Below, piece after piece: positions 37,290-48,746 of a DNA stretch of 64,000 nt. Each line of letters begins with the position of its first letter. The stretch's first letter is position 1. The notes under the pieces are model-generated. The model saw only the letters and a program-made list of their open reading frames with translations. It ran no database searches and was not told where the DNA came from. Origin of the DNA: Minutocellus sp. GHC0000111 (Eukaryota); contig OZ361259.1 of assembly GCA_977018835.1 (NCBI GenBank), positions 806,001-870,000 on the forward strand, written 5' to 3'. The position numbers were made by a program, and so were the translations under genes.

Positions 37290-37800
37290 GACCAGTCATG
37301 AACCAACATGAATCCATCCACTTGTCACCGCCTGCAGTGCCACAAGACATGAGCAGCAAACTCTGAGCACAAGCAGCAGAGCGCACTGGCAGGTGTGATT
37401 CATGCCTTTGTGAGAAACTTGACAAGCAAGCATCAAAATGCTCAGCAGACAGGACAAAGAGTGTCATTTTCATCAGCGCTGCTTTCCAATGATCTAACTA
37501 CAGAATCAGTGCCCAAACTGGCAACAAGTTTGGAAGTCTTCTTTTCTTGATCTGTGATGCCAAGAAAGACAGCACAATTGGATGCTGTGTCAAGAGCTGC
37601 TTTGGCCTTCCTCTTTTTACGACGCTCCTGCCTGCTTCTGTGCAGTTCTTGATGCCTCACTTCACGCTGATGATGAAAGTCACTGTGGTCACAGTCAGTG
37701 CATTGACTCATGGCTTCACCTGTGGTGTTGTTCTCATCTTGTCCTCCTGCAGCAGCAGAGCTTCTAGGGGCTGGCTGTTGCTGAGTGTTGTTTAACAATC
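37290..37800 (-). pseudogene. RING-finger (C3HC4-like) gene remnant; copies at 51758-52264 and 62233-62739 (+)
   Basis: CPVC..CAHRVCCSC in the plus-strand copies; this copy has two extra 2-nt deletions. Confidence 0.55.
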
Positions 37801-38049
37801 AATGAAAGCAGGTGACTGTAGAGGTGCTTCAGGTGCAAAGAGAAGAGAGCACCACTTTCACCTTTGCTGTTTCTGTTTGTCACTCTGCACAGCTCCCTCT
37901 TCTCAACAACTGGACTGCTAGCAAATGAAAGGGCACCATCAATGTTGTCAAGTCCTTTCACATTGTTGCCTGGTTGTGTCATGTGGTTGCCTGCTGCATG
38001 TTCAACAGCATCTTGCGGGAAGGGCAGCAGAGCATGGATGGGGAATAAG

Positions 38050-38403
38050 CAAATTGGATTACAGAAAAATCAATTGTGGAGATTCCAGCAAAACAAGAGA
38101 GTGCATTGAGAAAAGCTTCGAGGGTCTTGCCGTGGAGGTTGTGCGCAGGCTCGGTCGCAAGGTTCGGGAGTGCAAAATTGCCTACCGTGCTCATATTGAA
38201 GAGCAAGAGGAGGAATGAAAGCCCTTGCCCTGAAAAAGATTGAAGGAGTGAAAGAGTCAATCAAGACTAAGAGGCAGTTAGACCAATGCAAGGGCATGCG
38301 CAAGGTGCTCAAGAAGGCCAAGAAGGCTCGAACGAGCAGACAAGCAACAATGAGTTGTGCACAGTTTTCAAAATTACAGGAGAGAATCCTTCAACATGCA
38401 TGA
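38050..38403 (+). mobile_element. Probable DDE transposase C-terminal fragment (copies at ~51153-51506 and ~61628-61981, minus strand)
   Basis: VRRLGRKVRECKIAY..KKIE..IKTKR resembles the R.F.R..R.Y..AY tail of eukaryotic DDE transposases. Confidence 0.35.
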
Positions 38404-38999
38404 TCTCACGCAGAATAATATATCTCAACAAACATTATGGCAATATACTGACCTTCAATAAGCTTGTACTCTTTGCAAAAGTCAGATAGGAGGGACCGAT
38501 CCACAATGGCGAAGCCTGTTTCGACACGGGCGAACGCACAGACCCATCACCAACACATCAGTGCGCAAATCTGAATGATGGTGGTGATCGGAACTGCCCG
38601 CCTGCGACGCTGCCATGTACTTTTCCCTTGATTATGGGCACATCAACCCGTCTTGTCACTCGTCCAACCTTGCTGCTGGAGCGAATTTCCAGCACATGAC
38701 TTGATCGGACGATGCGACCAGTCGACACAAGTGAGTTGTGTCGATGCTTCGACCACAATCCGCCTTCGCAACGACACACATCGATGCCAATCCTGCTACT
38801 AGGGGGAAGCAAGGTGATAAACGAAATTATAATTACTACTACGATTCTTCTTCTTTCTTCTTCAACACATGCACAGGGAGCAACCTGGAACCCAACAAAC
38901 TTTCGCCCGGATTTGCTCGGTCCCCGCGATGCGATGCCCTGTTAGAAATCGGGTTTGAATCGACTCATTCCAACGCCTCGTGGCGACCCAAGATACCTA

Positions 39000-39440
39000 G
39001 ACATCTTGCAAGTCTCTTGGGATATTCTGTTGAGCTGAGCTCATCAGGCTTGTCCCACCACCACACCAAATCACAGAACTCAAAGTCTGCGTGCTCGGCA
39101 GTGTTGGGGGTCTGACCAAATGCCGTGCCTCTTCGTGTCTGGTTCGGCCATCCCGTCCCCGGGAGAGCCTACTAAGAATCTCTGCCTCATATACGAGACC
39201 AAAGTCCCACAAGCGTCTCGGAACATTCTTCTTGGACATGCGGCGTCGCCATCGTTCGGAGAGGAACCCAATCTCACGCTCGGCTGCATGTGATTCTGAT
39301 TGCATCGACCTTTCTCCTTGTGCCGGAGCTGGATCCTCACACAACAGCAATGCTTGACAAAATCGGTATCTTGGCCTGTAAACTTTCCAGCTTGATCGGT
39401 CATGAGGAATTGGGGCATACCGACCTCATAAACGACTTGC
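39000..39440 (-). mobile_element. Copia integrase fragment (copies at 50116-50556 and 60591-61031, plus strand)
   Basis: VGMPQFLMTDQAG..NHAAEREIG..VPRRLWDFGLVYEAEI. Confidence 0.8.
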
Positions 39441-39768
39441 GCGGCACTTGAAAAAGAGGCGGAACGACGGTGCCCATGGTGGTGGGGAGGAAATGATGCC
39501 GTCAAAAATCGTCAAAAAACGGTCTGTCCGCCGTTAAAGCCGACGCCGAGCTGGGGAGCTTTTTGATTTCTTGTCCGTAGGTACTTAGCAGTACGCAGTA
39601 GTTTTGATTGTAAACACCCAAACGAGCACACTGGATTTCCCCTTTCGGCGAACAAGCAGAATTTGGTCGTTCACCCTTTGCAATACATGCTTTACAGCGA
39701 ATGAATTGAGACAGCAGATGTGCTATCTGAAGACATAAGAAAAGAAGCTCGAACAAAAACCTTGGCTT

Positions 39769-40809
39769 ATGTCATTCATTCCCCCCCAAAAAAGAAACGA
39801 TGTTGGGATTACAATTGCATTCGCTCTTGCCCTTGTGATCAAATTTCGTTTGGGATTGAATTGGCACATGTCACACGTGTACTACTTCACCACCGACAAA
39901 ACTTCTGCAAATCCATCAGAGATGAACGATTCTGCCATTTTAGATGCCCTAGAAAAAAACTCAAAATTAAAACTTTCATTAAAACAACACTCTAAAATCT
40001 TTCGATGTAATGGGGAGGTGGTCAAAGCCTTTTCCAATGACACACATAAGATATGTCCCATCAATCACGGGAGATTCTTTGCTTATGGCTTGACAGAATC
40101 CTTTGCTTTTCGACACGTCTTCAAGAATGGTGGTACCACTGTCGGGAGACAGACCAAACGCCCTCCAGGCAATAGTTCAATGTTTCGAAACTACTCACTT
40201 GTTGCAACTGTCCGGGACCCAATTGATCACTTTTTATCAGGTTGGGCTGAGTGTGGAAAAAGAGGAAGCGAAGAAGCAGCTCACTTTCAGAACGATTTTT
40301 CGACTCTCTCTTACGATGAAAGAATCTTACAGTGGCTGATCGTTGTTAAAGAGAACGAATCTAAATGCAAGTCCAACAAATGTTGTATTCACTCTTACCC
40401 ACAAGTAAACTTCCTATCGGCAAGGAAGTCCAATCTCACTTTCTCACTAGACCCCCGAATCACTGTAATAGGTGACTTGAAAGAGTTACCACACCTTTTG
40501 GAATTTGTTGGATTTGCCTACAACTTATCCATCCCAAGCGGTAGAACAGCAGCTTCGGACCAATTGAAGAACGAAAAATTTCCCAAGCGCCGAAACCTGA
40601 TCTCTAATAGAACGTGTTTGGAGCTTTGCCGTTTTTTGATTCTTGATTACTTTCTTCTTGATTACCCACTTCCCCCAGCATGTGAGGCATTGCAAGAAGT
40701 CACAAGCAAAGAATTCCCCAGTTGTAATCAGAGGAGCTGCCAAAATAAGGCGGTGCACTTTATAAGGCGGAGCTACTTGTCATCCGCCAACCCTGACTGC
40801 AGCCACTAG
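39769..40809 (+). CDS. Carbohydrate sulfotransferase (Sulfotransfer_2-like), copy 1
   Basis: Intact 346-aa ORF with a hydrophobic N-terminus, FRHVFKNGGTT, VRDPIDHFLSGW, HSYPQ, DYFLLDY. Confidence 0.85.
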   Translation: MSFIPPQKRNDVGITIAFALALVIKFRLGLNWHMSHVYYFTTDKTSANPSEMNDSAILDALEKNSKLKLSLKQHSKIFRCNGEVVKAFSNDTHKICPINHGRFFAYGLTESFAFRHVFKNGGTTVGRQTKRPPGNSSMFRNYSLVATVRDPIDHFLSGWAECGKRGSEEAAHFQNDFSTLSYDERILQWLIVVKENESKCKSNKCCIHSYPQVNFLSARKSNLTFSLDPRITVIGDLKELPHLLEFVGFAYNLSIPSGRTAASDQLKNEKFPKRRNLISNRTCLELCRFLILDYFLLDYPLPPACEALQEVTSKEFPSCNQRSCQNKAVHFIRRSYLSSANPDCSH

Positions 40810-40947
40810 GTAATTACTAGTAGAAGCTAGCGCTACCGTCCTTTTTGGCCTTGCCACATGCCAGGCCAGGGGCGGCGCGGGAGCGTTTTCGAACCAGCCT
40901 CATCTTGTGCTGCTCTGCTGCTTGGAGTTCCTCTGTGATGACTTGAC

Positions 40948-41319
40948 TTGTTCGACTCACCGAATCTCAGAGCATGGGAAACACAGAGCCAAGCGAGCAC
41001 GACGACCTGGACGACTTCTTCGCCTCTGACTCATATTATAGAGCGCTCATCGACAGTAAAAGCCGTGACCAAATCACACAAAACAAAAACAGCAGTTTCC
41101 ACCAACGACCGCACGGCTGAACTGGCCAAGCTTCCCACGAAGCGACCGAGACGATCCAACTCCCCCTCGCAGGGCGTTCGGTTGTTGTTCTCCAACGTCG
41201 AAACGCGAGAGTGCGAGCGCATCGTCGGCGATCACGACGATCTGCTCGGCCCACCCCTCGCCATCGGTTGGTTCTTGCATGGTCCCATGGTTGTGCATGC
41301 TTCAATACAAAAGGTTTAA
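40948..41319 (+). pseudogene. Fragment of a stramenopile F..V..R.Y.R.(L/V)GD..GPP..IGW motif protein; copies at 48237-48608 and 58712-59083 (-)
   Basis: FSNVETRECERIVGDHDDLLGPPLAIGW. Confidence 0.5.
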
Positions 41320-41334
41320 GGGCAAAGTTTTTTT

Positions 41335-41383
41335 TTCAATTTATGGTATTGCAAAGAGAGAACGTTCTAATTTTACGTGAGGA
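41335..41383 (-). mobile_element. ~50-nt Penelope-like extreme 3' tail (copies at 48173-48221 and 58648-58696, plus strand)
   Basis: The minus strand reads TCCTCACGTAAAATTAGAACGTTCTCTCTTTGCAATAC, matching 26220-26257. Confidence 0.85.
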
Positions 41384-44300
41384 TGTTTAGTCTCTGTGCA
41401 CGAACTTTGACTTCTCATCACTACCGGTACTACGCTGGAAACAGAATAAAACTCACTGTCTTGTGCTAATAAAATCACGTACACTCAACCTCAGAAAACC
41501 ACCAACATACCAACCGATAGAGCACTCTCAAAGGAATCTCCTGATATATTTTGAGCCAATATAATTGAGTTGGTGATAGCAATTAGTTACCTCGAACATG
41601 ACCCATTTTTGCTAACTTCGCCTGCGTGAAAATGACCACGTCACGGAGAAAGCGAGCATGAATTTTTTCCAGTTCGAAGAAAACAGAATGTCCTAACCAG
41701 TGCGCTCTGCTGCTTGTGCTCACAGAGTTTGCTGCTCATGTCTTGTGGCACTGCAGGCGGTGACAAGTGGATGGATTCATGTTGGTTCATGACTGGTCCA
41801 AAATCCTCACAACAGTTTGGCCTCATAGAATTTTATTGAGAGTGTTCTTCACAGTGCCCATTGAGGTAGAGATGCATGTGATTGCCAGTCGCATTATAAA
41901 AACTTAACGCAGAAACAAATTCAAAACGCACATGCCGAACAGTTGTTTGATTCTATCTACCCCACTCATAATGAATTTTGGCATAAAGAGGGAGGGAGAG
42001 AGAGTCGAGTCCTAATTATCTGCTGTGCCTTAATTAACACGTCTGCTATTCCGAAGAAATCGAGAAACGAAAACAAAAAAAATGACATGGTCAAAAATCG
42101 TTTAGACTAGGCTTCAAAGGGAAAATAAACATTCGACCAGCCAGTTCAGGTTAGAGCTCAACTTGGTAGAAATAGACAGCGGCTACAATGCAACAATCAA
42201 TGGATTCGATGGAGGCGTCCCTCGATGCAAGGCAGAGCTGAATGCTTCTGCGATGAAAATGAAAGAAAGGAAAAACACTGTTAGACTTCATTTACAAAAT
42301 GTAAAATAAATGATGAAATTTCACTTACCGGCATCCGGATCATCATAAGAAATAGCAACATCCTTCAAATACAGTCTTTCCTCTGCGCCGCTGTCATTCT
42401 TGTAAATCACAGAAGTGTTTGTTGGGATTGCGCACATTACAAAAGAGATTTCTGTGATTCTCTGATGGAATCAATATTTTGAGAGCCTCATCAACCTCCG
42501 CATTTGCTCAGGGTATAAAATTTCTAAATTGAGACTGCCTAATAGATGTCCCATTGATAACAGTCTCACCGGTCTGAGAATCTGCCGCCTTTTTTAGCAC
42601 CTTTCTTGCATTTGCCTCAATGGCTCGACCGGAGCGGAAGCGAGTGCAAATAGCGGCAAGGGCGCTGCTGTCCTTGTAGTCATAAATTGCTCTCTGCAAG
42701 TGCTGAAGGGCTTGGTCATGGCTCCCACTTATTAAAATAGCCTTGCTGCAGCTGTGGCTCAGCAGAGCGTGCCGCACCAGCCGAAGAAGCACGTTGACAG
42801 ACCTAGAAACACCATTTCCTTCCACCTCTCATCATCACGCCGCTGCCAATCTTCTTCAGACTCATGGCCGCCACATGCATTTCAAGTATGGCCACTCCAT
42901 AAGCAAGCTCAGGCTCGTCTAACATGGTGGTAACAATAATGTGGGGGACAACTCCGGCCTCCATCACCAGTTTTGCTGCCATCTTCGTCCGGACATCATC
43001 GTCAAGCTCATCAAGAATGTGATTTACACTTTCCAAATGGGGCTGCATCTTAGGCCATTTCTGCCTAGATAAAAAGCAGAGAAGGCAAGTCGCGCACTGG
43101 ACCAAATCTTTGTACGCGCCTCAGTTGAGGTAAAAGTGCTGCTGCTGCTCATGTCCTGTCATTTTCATGGTTGAAGTGGGGTCGGAGGTCAGCATCGACT
43201 GGACAGAGGAGAAAAAGTGTGGTCAACATGTTGGAGCAATCAATCAGCGTCAACGTCTAGTTGTTCCAGATTCTAGCTTAGACACTATGATTGATCATAG
43301 ATGGACATGATTGATTGAACCAACTCCAAGACCTAAGTTTTCACCTAGAACTCGGCTTCCTCCGTCAGGATCTCGGTCCCCGAGAAAACGAGGGCTAGTG
43401 GCCTTTCCAAATGAAGACATACGGAAGACACTCCTGGAAGGGAAATATCACTGAGCTGGCTTTGGAACTGAATAATCTCCCTTCTCAATTTGGCCTTCAC
43501 TCGATTAGGATCAAGAAATTACATCAAACAAACCACTTTAATTGGAAGCCATCCCCGAACGCCATTCGAAGGCTTTGCGCTTTTTCAGCACCCGAGTATT
43601 CTGGTCTTAGAATCCCATTGAATCCACTTTGCTTAAGTAGGGGGAATGGTTCACAAGCTCGAATGCAATAAGCACTCGTCGTAGAGTCATCGTAATAAAG
43701 TGCAGAATACCCCTACACCAAAGCTTCTCCTTCCTCGACCTTTTCCCACCAACTCTTCATCAAAGCTACAGCTCGGTTGGTGTCATCGCGAGAGTCACTC
43801 CGAATTCTCGCTTCATCATCTGCAGTGCTAATCACAATTTTTACCACCAGTCTGAGCATTTGGCCTTATTTGGCCAATTCCTTGCACAGCGGACACAAGA
43901 CAATGAGATCCGCCAATGAGCCGCACATACACACATGCTTGGTCTTGGGATTGTCAATTCCATTTTTAATTGTAGAGACCAAAAGTCTAATCTCAGAATT
44001 CGCCCAGGTACTAAAGAAATACTGCCCAGACAATGCACCATTTGGGACACACCAGTACTCCTCCCATACAACTTTAATGACACACAATGGGCAAACTGAA
44101 ACCATAATTATGCCAAATTCAGTCTTCAAGAGGCAGTAATGGTAACGCAACAAGGCAGCTCACTGTTACAAGTCACTTGGTCAATTCCCGCATTCAGGCA
44201 TTTTTTCTTTGAACCACAGCTGCAAAAATGTTTGAAACTTCTTTCACCTTGCCGCAAAGCCTTTTCTTTCTAATGAGCCACTTAGGGTTTCTCTGCGCGC

Positions 44301-47300
44301 ATGCCATTGCCTCTCCAACGGTCCCTTCAAAGGAAGACCATTGATTGCGCCTCGACCCATCAAGAAACTTTGTGTATCTTTCAATGGAACGCGTGATTCC
44401 ACCAGCCTTCCGCAGATGAATGACCGCAGGAGTAATCTGATTAGTGAGATTAAAGGAAGGCATGTGGTCCCCCATAGTGTGGTGCGCAATTGGTTCCAAG
44501 GGCGGATCGAGGTTCGAAAACACGGTGCCAATACTTTCAGTCCCAACAAAGTTTGGCGGCACAAAAAAATTCGTTGAGGGATGAAACAAATTGTTGACAC
44601 CATATTCACTGAACAATGGCCGTCCTGTCTTTTCATAGATGGCATTGTTCTTGAGGAAGCAGGTGCATGGTGCGACCATGGTCTCGTGGATGTTCTAAGA
44701 GTTGTAGAGTGAGATTAGAAATGTCAACAATGCAAGGCTTCCATTAGAAATAACAACAAGTAAGACACACACAAAAATAATCCCTCTTGTCGCCAAAAGT
44801 AGGCACAAACCGTAGCGCCACCAACCTTGTTGCCACACCCAGGAGTAGTCAAGAAACTGTACATGTACAGTCTTACAGCATCTGAATAGGAATCATACTT
44901 GTACAATTCCAATCCCTCCTCTTGATACCGCCAGACGAGGTAGTGGTCCATGTCATTGACGGACACTAAGCAGTAAGGTCCACAACTTTTGCGAATAATG
45001 CTCAAAGCATCATTTATGACTCTATTCTGATCTGAGTACCGCGCGAGACAAAATGAATTGAAATCCTGTCTTCTTTTGATGTCTTTCAACTTCTAAAGAA
45101 TCAACAAAGTCCCAGGGCAAGGCGAATTTGATGCATTGAGGGTCAAAACTGTTATAGAATTTCACGAAATCGTCCATATCCTGATCGTTAGTTTCTTCAT
45201 AGTAAAACAGAAGAATGAGTGGGCATGGATGTAACCCACCCCAGTGCTCTTCGCTGAGAAATTTTCTCTTATCCTTTGGTTGAGCCATTGCTTCCTTTAA
45301 GGCTCTAGTGTACTTGGCCTCTGCGCCGTCTGGTTTACACTCGTTGCCATTAAGGGTGAATGGTTGGCAAAATACTCTTCCAATGCGTGATGGAGGTGTT
45401 CGGAGAACAATCTTTTATTCTCCGTAACATTCAAACCTTCCAGAATTTTGCTGGGCCTGTTTGGTGAAACATTCAAACCTTCCAGAATTTTGCTGGGCCT
45501 GTTTGGTGAGAAGTTTTTCCCGGAGTTCTTACTGTTTCCTTTTTTTTTTTTGAATTCTTACTGCTATCGGTAGATACACCGTGATAGATGGTGCCGTTAT
45601 TGAATACATAGTCAGCAGAGTTGGAAGTCTTTGGATGACAACAAGGCTTTCGCCACGATCCCATAAATGGAATATACTTTAAAACAGTGAATTTCTGATC
45701 CAAACGAAAGTGGAGCCCGACTCTGACCCATTCCAGGGAATTGTTTGTTTCATTCTTCCCTTTTGATTCACTCTTGCTTACATTCAGAACGTCAGCTCCA
45801 TGCCATCCGTTCTCATCACTCACGTAGTACTCAATGAAATCACCTACATTGATTTCATCCGGAAATACGATAAGACGAGGGTCAAAATGGCTCTTATAGT
45901 GACGAACCATGTCTGCGTCACTATTGATTCTATGCTGTATCATTCTTGCCGCCATTTCTGACTATTGATTCTATGCTGTATCATTCTTGCCGCCATTTCT
46001 GCCATTGGCAATTCCACATCACGTACTGTACTGGGTTGCCACTCAACAATATTCTCTGTTTCTCTATTTCAGTGGCTCTTGAGTTGTGGTTCCAACCTGT
46101 TCGGAACAGTCGGATTTGATGTGCATTAATGAAATATGTGCTGTCGACTCCTGATCTCTCTGCAAGAAGGCCAAGACATCCTCATGCTTCACATAGCGAA
46201 CAGTTCCAATGTTGTGGTGATACGACAAACACTGTAGGTGATACGGCAAACACTGTATGAATGAATGCGATGTAAGGAAGCCACAACTTTGGCAGTATGG
46301 CGGAAAATTTGTTTCCGGATACTCCTCGAAGCTGGTGTAATATTTTTGTGAACTGTTCCGAATTTCAAATTGGAGACACTTTTTTGTTGCATTTCCCAAT
46401 GTAGTCAGGCTTCACAGATTCGACAATGTTCAAATGCCCCAAGAACATTTCGATTCTGTCCAAAGCAACATAGGAGTCATCTGTTTTCATTGCATAGAAA
46501 GAGCAAATTAAAATTATCTACTTCCTCGGGTACTCCACCTTGCAAATCCAGTGGCTCCAAAGACCTCACCGCTATGGCAAGGCCTTTTAGAGCCTTTTTC
46601 GGCCAATAGTGTACATTTAATGTACACTATCCTCTCCTCCCTGATTGGGAGAAAGTCGTTTTAGAATAAGAAAAATGGGGTGCTACCTCCTACAAAAACT
46701 CAATTTTCTTATTGCTTCTCCCAAGGTAGACGGAGGATAGTGTACATTGAGAGGCTCTTTTTTGTACACTCGCTCCAGGTAGGAAGTCGGGCATAAAAGT
46801 TGATGAGATCTTTTCCTGCTTCGGCATCTCTCTCCACAAATCAAACACAACATCCGAGCTACATTCGTCTTCGTACATGTAGGGTCATCCCGAGCCGGTC
46901 GTCCCCCTCTCAGAGGTAGCAACAAGTTTGTTTATTTATTTTTTTGTTTGTTGTCCGAGAGAGTGAAACGATTGCCGCGGTGAGGCAGAAATGCCAATTG
47001 CTTGCACCACCGACGCCACGCGGCTCGTGCTTCAACACGGGTCGCTTCCTTCTTCATTTTTTGTGTCAGAGCGAGCATGCACGTGATGGAAGCGTGATGG
47101 AAGCGAAGGGCCGATGCCATGCATGTTTTGCGCAGGTGATTGCTTGCCTTCATTGTAGCCAGAGATGTTGGGAGACATTGGACACAGGACGCACCGGAAC
47201 ATGTGAAAAACAAGTGCAAAAAGAGCATGTAGTGGAGACGCGACCGAACAATAAATTGAAGTTGCGGTGATCCGCAAAAATGCATGCGTGCTCAATTGAC

Positions 47301-47403
47301 ACTGCATGAATGTAAACCCATGTGCAGCTCACAACAGAGGGCCGACAGCTGCTCTCATGCCGGCAATTCCTACATGTGCTACGTGTGCTGTTATGTGTTG
47401 CAG

Positions 47404-47594
47404 GGTTGTTAGTAAAAAATGCCTCTTTTGTAAGTAATTGATCTCAACACCCACCAGAGATTTCCGGCGGCGAAGAACAGGTCAGCTAGAAGAGACAGTC
47501 AACCACCTGATCTATTCTTCGCCGCCGGAAATCTCCAGTGGACATTGAGATCAACTTTCTTACAAAAGAGGCAATTTTCGCTAACTAACAAACC
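47404..47594. repeat. ~190-bp fold-back inverted repeat (MITE-like), copy 1
   Basis: Paired arms GCCTCTTTTGTAAG/CTTACAAAAGAGGC, TTGATCTCAA/TTGAGATCAA and GAGATTTCCGGCGGCGAAGAA/TTCTTCGCCGCCGGAAATCTC, with a ~20-nt loop. Confidence 0.85.
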
Positions 47595-48746
47595 ATGTGT
47601 TGAGATTTTTGAGCACACAAGAGCACGTAACAAAATAGGGTGGTGCACTCACGCATTGTCTGTGTGCGCCTTGAGTTTGTCAATTTAGCGGGACGACACC
47701 ACCACCACCACCACCGGTTGGTGTGCCGGTAGCAATGGTCGCCTTGGTTTTGATCCAACACGAACTCAGAAGCTGCAACCTCGAAGAAAACAATGATAGA
47801 AGTGCGCAAAGACCAAGTTGCTCAAAGATAGAGAGGTGGTTGTTAGTGCATTCACATTGTTAGGACATTCTGTTTTCTTCGAACTGGAAAAAATTCATGC
47901 TCGCTTTCTCCGTGACGTGGTCATTTTCACGCAGGCGAAGTTAGCAAAAATGGGTCATGTTCGAGGTAACTAATTGCTATCACCAACTCAATTATATTGG
48001 CTCAAAATATATCAGGAGATTCCTTTGAGAGTGCTCTATCGGTTGGTATGTTGGTGGTTTTCTGAGGTTGAGTGTACGTGATTTTATTAGCACAAGACAG
48101 TGAGTTTTATTCTGTTTCCAGCGTAGTACCGGTAGTGATGAGAAGTCAAAGTTCGTGCACAGAGACTAAACATCCTCACGTAAAATTAGAACGTTCTCTC
48201 TTTGCAATACCATAAATTGAAAAAAAAACTTTGCCCTTAAACCTTTTGTATTGAAGCATGCACAACCATGGGACCATGCAAGAACCAACCGATGGCGAGG
48301 GGTGGGCCGAGCAGATCGTCGTGATCGCCGACGATGCGCTCGCACTCTCGCGTTTCGACGTTGGAGAACAACAACCGAACGCCCTGCGAGGGGGAGTTGG
48401 ATCGTCTCGGTCGCTTCGTGGGAAGCTTGGCCAGTTCAGCCGTGCGGTCGTTGGTGGAAACTGCTGTTTTTGTTTTGTGTGATTTGGTCACGGCTTTTAC
48501 TGTCGATGAGCGCTCTATAATATGAGTCAGAGGCGAAGAAGTCGTCCAGGTCGTCGTGCTCGCTTGGCTCTGTGTTTCCCATGCTCTGAGATTCGGTGAG
48601 TCGAACAAGTCAAGTCATCACAGAGGAACTCCAAGCAGCAGAGCAGCACAAGATGAGGCTGGTTCGAAAACGCTCCCGCGCCGCCCCTGGCCTGGCATGT
48701 GGCAAGGCCAAAAAGGACGGTAGCGCTAGCTTCTACTAGTAATTAC

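Larger units (their letters stand above)
32800..41697 (+). repeat. 8.9-kb inverted copy of part of the tandem unit
   Basis: Reverse complement of 47859-56782 with the same ORF set on the opposite strand; a handful of SNPs and indels. Confidence 0.96.
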
